DNA of 64,000 bases, taken from assembly GCA_965233585.1 (NCBI GenBank), contig CBDDTI010000747.1, positions 352,001 through 416,000 on the forward strand. The letters are read 5' to 3'. Of this stretch, positions 20,171-31,459 are shown piece after piece. Made by a program: the position numbers and the translations under genes. Position 1 is the first letter of the stretch; each line of letters opens with the position of its first letter. The notes beneath the pieces are model-generated. The model did no database searches and was not told where the DNA came from. It saw nothing but the letters and a program-made list of their open reading frames with translations. The DNA comes from a bacterium (GTDB lineage Bacteria; SAR324; NAC60-12).

Positions 20171-20229
20171 GCTGACTCTTTCTGGCTTGTGCATATCGGG
20201 TGCAATCTCCTTAAATTGCCCCTTGCGTT

Positions 20230-20691
20230 TAAGTCATTGCAGGCGTGTTTTTGTCATAGCTCACCTTGAAAACCGTCATTGCGGGCTTGACCCGCAATCT
20301 CATTCTTTTTTTGAGATTCCGCATCAAGTGCGGAATGACAGAGGGCGTTTGAGATTCCGCATCAAGTGCGGAATGACGGAGGACTTTTGAGATTCCGCAT
20401 CAAGTACAGAATGACGGAGGACTTTTGAGATTCCGCATCAAGTGCGGAATGACGGAGGGTCGCACAGAATGACGAAAAGCCAAGCCAACTCTTACCTTTC
20501 TCTTGCTTGTGTGGGGTGCTGTCTTTCAGAGACTGTCCTTGCACAAGTCAGCCTTTTCCTTTCTCATTCCCCTCTTTTTGAGGGGTCTCACCTTCTTTCA
20601 CCTGATAACTTGTTTTTGAGTCCCTACACCACCGTCATTGCGGGCGTGTCTTGGTCATTCGGAGCGAAAGAACGTCACCCCTGTGAAAACA
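20230..20691. repeat. REP/REPIN-like palindrome cluster
   Basis: Four tandem gagattccgcatcaagtgcggaatgac-type units plus other hairpins. Confidence 0.9.
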
Positions 20692-21461
20692 GGCAGTGTT
20701 CACTTGGTGTTATTGCATGTGAGAGTGAATTTGAGGAATGGGGATGAGAAGTTGTCATCATTGTGGGAGTCAGAATGACATCAAGAATGGAAGTTGCAAA
20801 GGAGTGCAGAGATATGTTTGCAAATCATGTGGGAGGTCGTTCAGTTCAAATGGGTTGAGAATCCCACTAGAGACGAAGCGTCAAGCGTTAGAAATGTCTG
20901 TCAATAGTGTAGGCATCAGAAAGATAGCTCGTTTTGTGCAGGTGTCTCCAACTTCTGTTCTCAACTGGATCAAAAAAGCCAGAGTGTCTCAAATCCCAAA
21001 AGACGCACCAAGTTTCCATGAACAAGTAGATAGTATAGAGATGGATGAGATCTATACTTTTGTTCAAAAAAAAGTCAAAGAGTAGCCGTTTGGACAGCAG
21101 ACTCTCGTAGAAAGCAATGTGTGATTGCCTTTGTGATAGGCAAAGGATTGGCAGCTGCCCAAAAGTTGTATGCACTAGTCAAAGAACAGCGACCTAGAAT
21201 GAAGACGATCTATACCGATGCCAACTCATGCTATCAAGTGGCATTTGCTCAATGACAAATTCAACAGAACCACGAAATAGGCAAGAGAAATACTCATCTC
21301 ATTGAATCTTCTAATTCTTCCATCAGAGATAACCTAGCTCGCTTGATGAGAACATCTAAACGACATTCTAAAACTTTGGACATGCTGGAACACTCTCTCA
21401 AACTCTTCTTTGACTATAAAAGACTTGAAAAATATCATGCCAACACTAAGTGAACACTGCC
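20692..21461 (+). mobile_element. IS1-family element, copy 1 (defective)
   Basis: Terminal IRs ggcagtgttcactt...aagtgaacactgcc; InsA-like ORF 20738-21085; InsB frame has a premature TGA at 21253. Confidence 0.9.
20738..21085 (+). CDS. IS1-family InsA-like N-terminal part (Zn ribbon + HTH)
   Basis: CHHCGS..KNG...QRYVCKSC, GIRKIARFVQVSPTSVLNWIKK, EMDEIYTFVQKK. Confidence 0.85.
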   Translation: MGMRSCHHCGSQNDIKNGSCKGVQRYVCKSCGRSFSSNGLRIPLETKRQALEMSVNSVGIRKIARFVQVSPTSVLNWIKKARVSQIPKDAPSFHEQVDSIEMDEIYTFVQKKVKE

Positions 21462-21469
21462 TCACAGAA

Positions 21470-22240
21470 GGCAGTGTTCACTTGGTGTTGTTATTGCATG
21501 TGAGAGTGAATTTGAGGAATGGGGATGAGAAGTTGTCATCATTGTGGGAGTCAGAATGACATCAAGAATGGAAGTTGCAAAGGAGTGCAGAGATATGTTT
21601 GCAAATCATGTGGGAGGTCGTTCAGTTCAAATGGGTTGAGAATCCCACTAGAGACGAAGCGTCAAGCGTTAGAAATGTCTGTCAATAGTGTAGGCATCAG
21701 AAAGATAGCTCGTTTTGTGCAGGTATCTCCAACTTCTGTTCTCAACTGGATCAAAAAAGCCAGAGTGTCTCAAATCCCAAAAGACGCACCAAGTTTCCAT
21801 GAACAAGTAGATAGTATAGAGATGGATGAGATCTATACTTTTGTTCAAAAAAAAGTCAAAGAGTAGCCGTTTGGACAGCAGACTCTCGTAGAAAGCAATG
21901 TGTGATTGCCTTTGTGATAGGCAAAGGATTGGCAGCTGCCCAAAAGTTGTATGCACTAGTCAAAGAACAGCGACCTAGAATGAAGACGATCTATACCGAT
22001 GCCAACTCATGCTATCAAGTGGCATTTGCTCAATGACAAATTCAACAGAACCACGAAATAGGCAAGAGAAATACTCATCTCATTGAATCTTCTAATTCTT
22101 CCATCAGAGATAACCTAGCTCGTTTTATGAGAAAATCTAAACAACATTCTAAAACTTTGGACATGCTGGAACTCTCTCAAACTCTTCTTTGACTATAAAA
22201 GACTTGAAAAATATCACACCAACACCAAGTGAACACTTCC
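21470..22240 (+). mobile_element. IS1-family element, copy 2 (defective), tandem to copy 1
   Basis: Separated from copy 1 by 8 bp (tcacagaa); same premature TGA (22034); mutated right IR (cacttcc). Confidence 0.9.
21519..21866 (+). CDS. IS1-family InsA-like N-terminal part
   Basis: Protein identical to 20738-21085. Confidence 0.85.
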   Translation: MGMRSCHHCGSQNDIKNGSCKGVQRYVCKSCGRSFSSNGLRIPLETKRQALEMSVNSVGIRKIARFVQVSPTSVLNWIKKARVSQIPKDAPSFHEQVDSIEMDEIYTFVQKKVKE

Positions 22241-22545
22241 CTGACAAGAGGGGTGTCCCAAAGGGACGGGGTGTTTCAATTTCCCTCTCTTTTTTTCTGT
22301 CACTTGAGTGCTTGACACGGAATCTCAAAAAAAGGAGTTGTTGGCAAAAAGACAAGGGAGATTGCGGGTCAAGCCCGCAATGACTTTTTTTCAAGGTCAG
22401 CAATGATGAAAAGACACGCCTGCAAAACCTCTCAGTCATTCCGCACTTGATGCAGAATCTATCGTCAACATCGCATGGATTCCTGCTTTCGCAGGAATGA
22501 CGGCAGTACAGAGATTGCTCGTCAAGGTGAGCAATGACAGCGAAA
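22241..22545. repeat. REP/REPIN-like palindrome cluster
   Basis: GTCATT/AATGAC-bounded hairpins and a gaggggtgtcccaaagggacggggtg element. Confidence 0.85.
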
Positions 22546-22553
22546 TCATGCCT

Positions 22554-23723
22554 TTAGAAAAAGGGCAGTAGTTGCTCAATGATAGCAGCACCGCCAAGTA
22601 TTGTGCCAATGTTACTGCCGATGTTAGCAAAAATGACAATCAACAAAACACGAGTGATCTTATTTTTCCAGAAGCCAGACAACGAAAAGACATCATCAGA
22701 TAAACTTTCAAAATCCTTGACTTGAGGTTTTCTGACGTAAAGTTCCACAAATCCTGCAACCCAACCTGCAGCTAACATTGGATTGAGTGAAGTAATGGGT
22801 GCAGCAATAAATGCGGCAATAATCGTCAAAGGGTGTGCCAGTGCAAACAAAGTTCCCAGTGCTGACAAGCCTCCGTTAATCAAAACCCAACGCCACACCA
22901 GTTCATAACTCTGTTGCAAATCTATTTTGGTAAATCCGTAAATAAACAATCCAATAATGGCAGCAGGGATTCCCCATTTTAAAATTTTTGATAGATTGCT
23001 TGAATCAGGCAAGGTCTCTAGCTCGCTACATGATGGGGCATCTTGCTCTGATTCAAGATGTCGTTTGACCCCCTCTAAATGACCTGCTCCAATGACTGCA
23101 ACAATCTTGCTTCCTTGTGCATGACGGATTTTTTCTGCAAGATATTGGTCTCTTTCATCAACAACAACTTGCTTCACCGTAGGAGAGATGTCTTCAAACT
23201 CTCGCATGGATTCAGAAAGGATGTCTCGTGATTGGAATTGTTCTATTTGATCTTGGTCAATTTGTTGGTTGTTAAAGATGGAGGAAAAAAAGTAGGTGAG
23301 TGTTTTAGACTTTTCTTTGGCAGGCATCATTCGCCAAGCCCTTTTAAATGTGACTTCAATAGGACGGTCTGCCATAATAACCTGTGCATGATGAGTTTTG
23401 GCTGTTTGAATCGCCTCCAACATTTCTTGACCCGGAGACACTCCCAAACCCTCACCTAGCCTTTTTTGAAAAGACCTTAAAATCAAATTTGCAAGCAGTA
23501 ATGCTGTTTTGTTTTCTTTCACCACTTTGAAAATATCTTGTTCTTGCCAATGCGTTTGACCAGTCAGTGCATCAAATCGGCTCTGGCATAACTCCACACA
23601 GACACAATCAGGCTTTTCCTGCTCTATGACCTCTCTCACTTCTACTACACTTGCTTGTGAAATATGTATAGAACCGATTAAAATGATTTTTTTATTGTCA
23701 ACTGAAAGAATATGATGCGCCAT
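22554..23723 (-). CDS. TraB/GumN (pheromone shutdown) family membrane protein
   Basis: IGSIHIS, CVELCQSR, PGQEM, DERDQYLA, VIGAGH, APITSLNP motifs. Confidence 0.9.
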   Translation of the reverse strand: MAHHILSVDNKKIILIGSIHISQASVVEVREVIEQEKPDCVCVELCQSRFDALTGQTHWQEQDIFKVVKENKTALLLANLILRSFQKRLGEGLGVSPGQEMLEAIQTAKTHHAQVIMADRPIEVTFKRAWRMMPAKEKSKTLTYFFSSIFNNQQIDQDQIEQFQSRDILSESMREFEDISPTVKQVVVDERDQYLAEKIRHAQGSKIVAVIGAGHLEGVKRHLESEQDAPSCSELETLPDSSNLSKILKWGIPAAIIGLFIYGFTKIDLQQSYELVWRWVLINGGLSALGTLFALAHPLTIIAAFIAAPITSLNPMLAAGWVAGFVELYVRKPQVKDFESLSDDVFSLSGFWKNKITRVLLIVIFANIGSNIGTILGGAAIIEQLLPFF

Positions 23724-24467
23724 TTAAAAGTCGTTTTTGATCAAATCAAGAAAAGTCAAAGCTGCCATTATACTGGAGATTTTTTGAGAAAGAAACACTT
23801 GCAAGATTCTTTTCACACTCAAGAATTGCAAGAACTGATTCCCATTGTCTTAAAAATGTTAGATGTGCTTCACACTCTACCTTTTCAAACAGACTGGCAA
23901 AGGTCTCATTTGATTCAAACGGTCATCAAATTCTTAAAATCTGCTGAATTGCTGACATTGACTGCGTGGAAGTCTCCCAATCCTAAAAAATATCTTCAAT
24001 CTTGGAATTTGTCACAAAAACGTCATCAAGAATCTCTCTTTAATCTTTACTGTCGGATTGCTGAACAGCTGCTGTCTTGGTCAAGTCAGGTGTCTGAAGA
24101 ATGGATTAGCTCCAAAGATTTATGGCAGGATTATGGTTTTTTCGTGTTAGTGAATGACCCACGAGTTAAAAACTATTTTCACGCCTTACCTCACCAAGAA
24201 CACCAAATTGCAAGATATTATTTGCATTGCACACAATCTGTGTTTCAGGTTCACTTTGAAGAACTCATCAGACGCTTGTTCATCTGGATTTCCCATTGGA
24301 CAAAAGAAAGCTATTTTTTACCAACACTCAAAAGCCAAGCCAACGCAAATAATCCCAACCAATTATCAGATCTTCAAAAATGGAAGGCTCACTTGTTTGA
24401 GTCAGAAGATTGGGGACTCTTTGCCAGTGACTATCTGACCCTACTACAACCTAACCAAATGGAATAG
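23712..24467 (+). CDS. Hypothetical protein
   Basis: 251-aa ORF filling the gap between genes; true start probably downstream of the overlap. Confidence 0.55.
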   Translation: MMRHLKVVFDQIKKSQSCHYTGDFLRKKHLQDSFHTQELQELIPIVLKMLDVLHTLPFQTDWQRSHLIQTVIKFLKSAELLTLTAWKSPNPKKYLQSWNLSQKRHQESLFNLYCRIAEQLLSWSSQVSEEWISSKDLWQDYGFFVLVNDPRVKNYFHALPHQEHQIARYYLHCTQSVFQVHFEELIRRLFIWISHWTKESYFLPTLKSQANANNPNQLSDLQKWKAHLFESEDWGLFASDYLTLLQPNQME

Positions 24468-24582
24468 TCCAAGTTATTGTTCGCTCAATATAGTCTTTTC
24501 AGAAAGACGTTTTTTCAAAAAGACGTCAAGATTTAAAAAATCCTTAATGATTCAAGCTGGGAAAAGTTTTTATAGTGGAAGG

Positions 24583-26964
24583 TTACCACTCTATGGCTTC
24601 TGTACTTTGTGGCTTTGCAAGAGGAGACGCACAATCGGAGGAGGATTGGTAGTTGAGAGGAGGGATTTGATTTTTGCGAAAAAGCTCATAATAGACATCT
24701 TCTGGAGGGTCGCAAGGCACAGCTCTGCGTCCTGATTTATGGATTTTTAGGCTGATAATAGATTGGGGCTGTCTAAAGGATTCTCTTGGGTAGGATTTGA
24801 TGGCATGTTTCATAAATTTAAGCCAAATAGGTACAGCTGCACCTGAACCTGTGCCTGTTCTGCCCATAGAACGTGGTTGGTCAAACCCAACATACACTCC
24901 TGTCAATAATTGAGGAATATATCCAATATACCAAGCATCAACATAAGAATTGGTTGTTCCTGTCTTCCCTGCAGAAATACGAGGAATGGCACGACGGACA
25001 CGCCGACCTGTCCCATGCTGCACGACCTCTTTCAAAGCCTCTGTCACTAAAAATGATGTTTCTTCAGAAATGACTTGTTCCACATGGGGCTGTGCCTCTT
25101 CCAACAAATCTCCCTGACTATTTTCAATTTTCAGAATATAAGTAGTGTCTGTCAGCTTTCCAGAGTTAGCAAAAACATTGTAGGCACGCACCAATTCTGC
25201 CAACTTCAGTGAATGGGAACCCAGTGCGATTGTCAAATCTTTGGGCATGGGAGAAGTGATTCCTAGACGTCTGGAATAGTCAATCACTCTGTCAATCCCC
25301 AAATCTTCCACAAGACCAATGGTTGGTAAATTCAGACTTTTGGCAAGAGCGCTTTTTAACCTCACAGCACCCAGTAATTTGTTGCCATAGTTTTTGGGAG
25401 TCCAGACATTGGCTTGTTCGTTGCCTTGAGCTTTTTGTTCTTTGTAGAGACGAGGGCTATCTACAAGCATTGAGGACAGCTGATAGCCAGACTCCAGTGC
25501 TAAGGCATAGACAATCGCTTTGAAGGCAGACCCCGGTTGTCGTAAACCTTGAACAGCACGATTGAACTTGCTGTCGCGGTAGCTGTAGCCACCAACCATC
25601 GCCAGTGCTTCTCCCGTTTTAGGGTCAAGGGCTAAAATGCCTCCATTGACTTCAGGTTTCTGATAAAGCGTTGCGGCAAATTGTTTTTTTTGTGCGTCCC
25701 AGTCTTTGAGTTTGACCCAAATGACATCACCTTTTTTTAAGAGATCAGCAGGTTTCTTGATGGTTAAACTTGATTTTTTTTGGCGAGATTTCCACTTTTT
25801 TAAAGTATCCCATTCTATCAAAGCCCTTTGATTACCGACATTCACCATGACATCTTTTGGGGACACTTTCTGCACAACTCCTTTGACAGTTCCCCCAAGC
25901 AACAAACGATTCTTTTGGGTGACCCATTGAATCTGTTCTTTTGGTAAAACTCCTGATTCATCAGCTGGAATGGTCTCCATGGCTCCACGAAACCCAAGCC
26001 TTTGACTCACTTCTAAAATTCCCTCACGCAAGGCATTGTGTGCAGAAATCTGTTTGTCTAAATCCATTGCAAGATGCACCTTTAAACCTCCGTTGTAAAG
26101 CTCATCTGCACCATATTTTTTAATGAGATACTGCCTTACGTGTTCCACATAATAGGCAGTGGCTGGTGATGCCGCATCATAGGTTTTGCGAATCTTCAAG
26201 GGTTCTAGTGTGGCATTTTCATATTCTGCAGGGGAAATGAACCCAGAATCTAGCATACGTTTAAGGACTAAATTCCTTCGCTTAATCGCTCGTTCAGGAT
26301 TGACCGCCGGAGAATAAAGGGAGGGGGCTGGTAAGATTCCAACTAACAAGGCACTTTCTCCCAATGTCAACTCTGATGTGTGTTTTCCAAAATAACCTTG
26401 TGCAGAGGCTTCCACTCCTTCGGCATTGCCTAAAAATGCTTTGTTTAAGTAAAGCGTCAAAATTTCTTCTTTGGAAAATTGCATCTCAATCCGCAATGCC
26501 AAAAGAAGCTCTTTCAGTTTTCTCACCAGTTTTTTCTCTGGAGTGAGTAAGAAAAGCCTTGCCGTTTGTTGTGTCAAAGTACTTGCACCCTGTACAACAC
26601 GCATGGCTTTAAGGTTAACAAACAAGGCTTGCATGACACGGACAGGGTCAAAACCCCAATGGTAAAAAAAACGCCCGTCTTCGCTGGCAATCAAGGCTTG
26701 AATCAAATGAGCAGGAAATTTATCATAAGAAACTACAATCCTTCTTTGAATGTAAAACTCCCCAATTTGCGCACCATTTCGGTCGTAAAGGACGGTAGGC
26801 AAAGAGTAGTCAGGGTGTTCCAACTTCACTAAATCACTTGGAAGTTGCTGATGAAGTTGGTACAAGTAGTAAGCAGTCCAGCCTCCCAAGAGCAGAAGCA
26901 AAACAGTGAGAATTTGCATTGTCAAAAGAGTGCGTTTCCAAAAACTGCTCATAAACCTAACCAA
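24583..26964 (-). CDS. mrcA: Penicillin-binding protein 1A
   Basis: EDGRFFYH, GASTLTQQ, RQPGSAFK (SxxK), SLN, KTGTT. Confidence 0.93.
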   Translation of the reverse strand: MVRFMSSFWKRTLLTMQILTVLLLLLGGWTAYYLYQLHQQLPSDLVKLEHPDYSLPTVLYDRNGAQIGEFYIQRRIVVSYDKFPAHLIQALIASEDGRFFYHWGFDPVRVMQALFVNLKAMRVVQGASTLTQQTARLFLLTPEKKLVRKLKELLLALRIEMQFSKEEILTLYLNKAFLGNAEGVEASAQGYFGKHTSELTLGESALLVGILPAPSLYSPAVNPERAIKRRNLVLKRMLDSGFISPAEYENATLEPLKIRKTYDAASPATAYYVEHVRQYLIKKYGADELYNGGLKVHLAMDLDKQISAHNALREGILEVSQRLGFRGAMETIPADESGVLPKEQIQWVTQKNRLLLGGTVKGVVQKVSPKDVMVNVGNQRALIEWDTLKKWKSRQKKSSLTIKKPADLLKKGDVIWVKLKDWDAQKKQFAATLYQKPEVNGGILALDPKTGEALAMVGGYSYRDSKFNRAVQGLRQPGSAFKAIVYALALESGYQLSSMLVDSPRLYKEQKAQGNEQANVWTPKNYGNKLLGAVRLKSALAKSLNLPTIGLVEDLGIDRVIDYSRRLGITSPMPKDLTIALGSHSLKLAELVRAYNVFANSGKLTDTTYILKIENSQGDLLEEAQPHVEQVISEETSFLVTEALKEVVQHGTGRRVRRAIPRISAGKTGTTNSYVDAWYIGYIPQLLTGVYVGFDQPRSMGRTGTGSGAAVPIWLKFMKHAIKSYPRESFRQPQSIISLKIHKSGRRAVPCDPPEDVYYELFRKNQIPPLNYQSSSDCASPLAKPQSTEAIEW

Positions 26965-27458
26965 TGTTCAATAGTCAGGAGAATACGCAACTTCTCTGCT
27001 TCAGAAAAATTGCCCCAGTCAAAGTCATTCAAAAAGACACGTATGTCTTTCAGGTTGTTTGATTTGACTGCAAATAAGATTTTCTTAAGAGATTGTGCTT
27101 GCTTATATTTTAATAAACCCATAAATGTTTGATGCTGTGAATCCTTGCGTAAACTGCCATGAAAGACTTCATCAGATGAGTATTGTAAAGGGACTTTTTC
27201 ACACCGACATTGCTTGCAATGAGGCAAAGCAGCAGTGTGCTTGACACGGAAACTTTCCCCAAATCGCAACCCATCGTGACGCAAACAAATAACAGGAGTG
27301 GACAACTCAAGAGGCGTCCTGATTTCATAACCTGCAATTTTTGTAACGACTGGTTCAATGGGACGATGCCTGCGAAAGATGCCTTGCTTTTTCATTCTGC
27401 GAAGCCAGTATAACAAAGCAAAGGCAACAACAATCAGAAGAATCTTTTCAAATGGCAT
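26949..27458 (-). CDS. Hypothetical membrane-anchored protein
   Basis: N-terminal TM segment; LPHCKQCRC cysteine motif. Confidence 0.6.
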   Translation of the reverse strand: MPFEKILLIVVAFALLYWLRRMKKQGIFRRHRPIEPVVTKIAGYEIRTPLELSTPVICLRHDGLRFGESFRVKHTAALPHCKQCRCEKVPLQYSSDEVFHGSLRKDSQHQTFMGLLKYKQAQSLKKILFAVKSNNLKDIRVFLNDFDWGNFSEAEKLRILLTIEHWLGL

Positions 27459-27484
27459 GTCTAAAAAATCTAAAAAATAGATAG

Positions 27485-27820
27485 ATGCACTATTTTACAA
27501 CAATTACCATCTTCTTTCTTGTGAATATTTTTGGTAGTCTTGTGTTGGCACAAGAAACGGTGTTTGAGTGCAAAAAGGTCTTGCCTTTGGAAAGTGCCGA
27601 AGATGTGCTAGAATTACGCCGATGCCTGAAAGAAGTCCGAACACAAATTAAGCAAAAAGCCCAAGAAGATGAGAGACAGTTAATCTTTGAAGGTTCAAAA
27701 AAACTTTCAGAATCTAAGCAAGGTCCTTATTGCATTTATATCAAAAATGTCAACGAATGTCGTGGCAATATCATTCCTCCTAATGCACAAATGCCAAATC
27801 AAGCTGAAGAAACACCATAA
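27485..27820 (+). CDS. Hypothetical secreted protein
   Basis: Signal peptide (VLA/Q); four cysteines. Confidence 0.6.
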   Translation: MHYFTTITIFFLVNIFGSLVLAQETVFECKKVLPLESAEDVLELRRCLKEVRTQIKQKAQEDERQLIFEGSKKLSESKQGPYCIYIKNVNECRGNIIPPNAQMPNQAEETP

Positions 27821-27832
27821 CTTTGAGCGAAC

Positions 27833-28561
27833 ATGGAGACAAAGTTAATCTTAGAACATTTAATTTTCAGTCCTTTTTTGTTTGGTCTTTTCATTCTGGC
27901 TGGTCTGGGACTCTGTTCTTATTGGAGAAAATCATACTCGGTCTGGCTCTTATCTATGTGTGTTGCCTTGCTATTTTTCAGCAGCAACCTCTTCTTTCAG
28001 CTATTCTCACTTCAGTTACAAAGCTGGACTCCTGCTAGTCAAGAAAAACCTGTAGATGCCATCATCGTTGCTCTGGCAGGAATCCATGAAACAGGCATTC
28101 CCACACAAAGTTCTGTCACAAGAATTTATGCAGCAGCAAAACTCTATCACAAAGGGGTTGCTCCACTTCTTTTAGTTTCTGGAGACGTCAAAAGTTCTCA
28201 TCTATCATATCATCATGGTGCAAAAATTATTTTGCAAGGTATGGGTGTGCCTGAAGATGACGTAATCTATGAATACCAATCGTTTGACACACACACCAAC
28301 GGAACGATGAGTGCAAGAATTTTAAAAGAACACAACATTCAAAACATTCTGTTAGTGTCCCACGACTACCATTTATACAGGCTTGCTCGTGTGTTCCAAA
28401 AGCAAGGATTTGAACCTCTTGTCTATGCTGCAAATTCTGGAAACTGGTCAGAGACAAAGGATTGGTGGACATTTTTGTCTTGGCACAATTTAGACAGAAT
28501 CCGCACCATTGCTCACGAATATGTAGGGCTTTTAAGTTACTGGTTTCTTGGCTATATCTAA
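27833..28561 (+). CDS. YdcF/DUF218 family protein
   Basis: DAIIV, LLVSG, SFDTHTN, LVSHDYHLYR, HEYVG motifs. Confidence 0.88.
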   Translation: METKLILEHLIFSPFLFGLFILAGLGLCSYWRKSYSVWLLSMCVALLFFSSNLFFQLFSLQLQSWTPASQEKPVDAIIVALAGIHETGIPTQSSVTRIYAAAKLYHKGVAPLLLVSGDVKSSHLSYHHGAKIILQGMGVPEDDVIYEYQSFDTHTNGTMSARILKEHNIQNILLVSHDYHLYRLARVFQKQGFEPLVYAANSGNWSETKDWWTFLSWHNLDRIRTIAHEYVGLLSYWFLGYI

Positions 28562-28566
28562 TCTGA

Positions 28567-29685
<1,119 letters not shown>

Positions 29686-29709
29686 CTAACTCCACCTTAA
29701 GAAGAATTA

Positions 29710-30603
29710 ATGAAAGCAGTCATTCAAGAATTAAAACAAGACTTTAGAACTTGGTCATTCTGGAAGGTGATTTTTGCCACTACAATCGGTTTGATTTTAC
29801 CAAGCCTTGTCATCAATGGAATTTTGATTCCTCACAACTTTTTTTCTGGGGGAGTGTCGGGTCTCTCATTGCTGGCTTACTCTTTTTCTGATGGTGCGAT
29901 TCCATTGGGCTTGATTTATTTTTTACTCAATTTACCACTCTTTTTTATTGGTTTTCGCGAGTTTTCTCCACGTTATCTCTTGTTCAGTGTCTTTGGCATG
30001 AGTATTTTTTCTGTTCATGTCTCTGTCTTCACCTTTGACTTTGGTCTCAAAGACCCAATGCTTGCTGCTATTTTTGGGGGAGTTGTGACAGGCATTGGAG
30101 CGGGTACCTATTTGAAGATGGGAGGTTCTGCAGGTGGATTGGATATTGTGGCAACAGTGATTAAAAAAAAGTTTTCTATCCCCATTGGGACAACCTTCAA
30201 CGTGATCAACTTTTTCATTTTGCTAGCAAATGCTTTGTATTACGAGTTAGAAATCGCATTGTACACTGGGATTTATATCTTCGTCTTTTCATTGGTTGTC
30301 AATAAAGTACAGACAGGTTTTTCGCAAAGAAAATCTATTTTTATCATCACCGAAAAACCTGATGAAGTGCTGGAACATGCTGTGAGAAAGCTAGACCGTG
30401 GGGCAACATTCTTCTTGGCACAAGGGGCATACAATCAAACAACAAAACGTGTTGTTTATACTGTGATTAACATGCTGGAGTTAGGTCGTTTGAAACAATA
30501 TCTTTTCCAAGTTGACCCGCACGCCTTTATCATCGTCAATGATGCTTCAGAGGTCATTGGCACAAAATTTCTGACGTGGGAAAGCGAAGGCTTTCGTCAA
30601 TAA
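29710..30603 (+). CDS. YitT family membrane protein
   Basis: SGGVSGL, GGSAGGLDIVA, LDRGAT, VDPHAFI. Confidence 0.9.
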   Translation: MKAVIQELKQDFRTWSFWKVIFATTIGLILPSLVINGILIPHNFFSGGVSGLSLLAYSFSDGAIPLGLIYFLLNLPLFFIGFREFSPRYLLFSVFGMSIFSVHVSVFTFDFGLKDPMLAAIFGGVVTGIGAGTYLKMGGSAGGLDIVATVIKKKFSIPIGTTFNVINFFILLANALYYELEIALYTGIYIFVFSLVVNKVQTGFSQRKSIFIITEKPDEVLEHAVRKLDRGATFFLAQGAYNQTTKRVVYTVINMLELGRLKQYLFQVDPHAFIIVNDASEVIGTKFLTWESEGFRQ

Positions 30604-30722
30604 TTTCAATCAAAGACTCATTTCACTCAAAAGTCGTCTTTCTTTTCACTTGTGAAAAACAAAGAAGCCATTTATACTCAAGAGTTTTTATTTTTAAGCT
30701 ATAAAAATTTATAAGGATTTGT

Positions 30723-31139
30723 ATGTTAAAAAGTATTAGCCAATGGATTTGTGTTGTCTCACTAGCTGTCATCTTGTCTGTTGTTCCATCGTTTGCCAAA
30801 GGGGCAGAGTTGAAGACCGTGTTCTTTTCTACAATGTGGGGGGCAATGATTGGGACAGTCACAGGGATTGCAGTCTGGGCAATTAAAGATGATGACGCTG
30901 ACGGAGAGCTTTTGGCAAAGACTACTGTGAGGGGTGCAGCATTGGGAATCTTCTTTGGATTCGGCTATGGCATGTATGAAGTGAACAGAGACGACAGCTT
31001 TACTGATTCTGCAATTCACTACGATTTTCAAAAGAAGCAGTGGAGTTTTTCACCAGATGCACTTTTTGCATCTGCAGTCAATGGCTCAATGGACTCACAA
31101 AAAAATTATTCTATGAGTCTTTTTGAAATGAAGTATTAG
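30723..31139 (+). CDS. Hypothetical exported/membrane protein
   Basis: Signal peptide and Gly-rich hydrophobic segments. Confidence 0.65.
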   Translation: MLKSISQWICVVSLAVILSVVPSFAKGAELKTVFFSTMWGAMIGTVTGIAVWAIKDDDADGELLAKTTVRGAALGIFFGFGYGMYEVNRDDSFTDSAIHYDFQKKQWSFSPDALFASAVNGSMDSQKNYSMSLFEMKY

Positions 31140-31459
31140 CACAGACATCAAGCATTTTTGTCAAATCTTGTTTGTCCATGACTTGAATGAACAGACTCTA
31201 AAAAATCAAAAGACAAACAAGATTCCCTCCACCAAAGTATCCAAGCGTCCAAAGTCTCCAATTTGCAGCTTCCAACAAATTGTGATGTTGTCAGTTCAAT
31301 ATGGCTTTTCCCAAAATACTTTTAGTTTTTCACTCGTTCAAAATCTGGATGACTGATTTTGAACGAATTGCGACATCTGGTAGATGATTCATTTTTCTAA
31401 TATCAGTCTGACATGTACCCTGAAAAGCAATCTCAAAATCACATTTCAAGTAAATCTTT

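Noticed and set aside
31140..31459. T-box leader for valS
   Set aside because: No T-box antiterminator consensus (GGTGGNACC) is visible.
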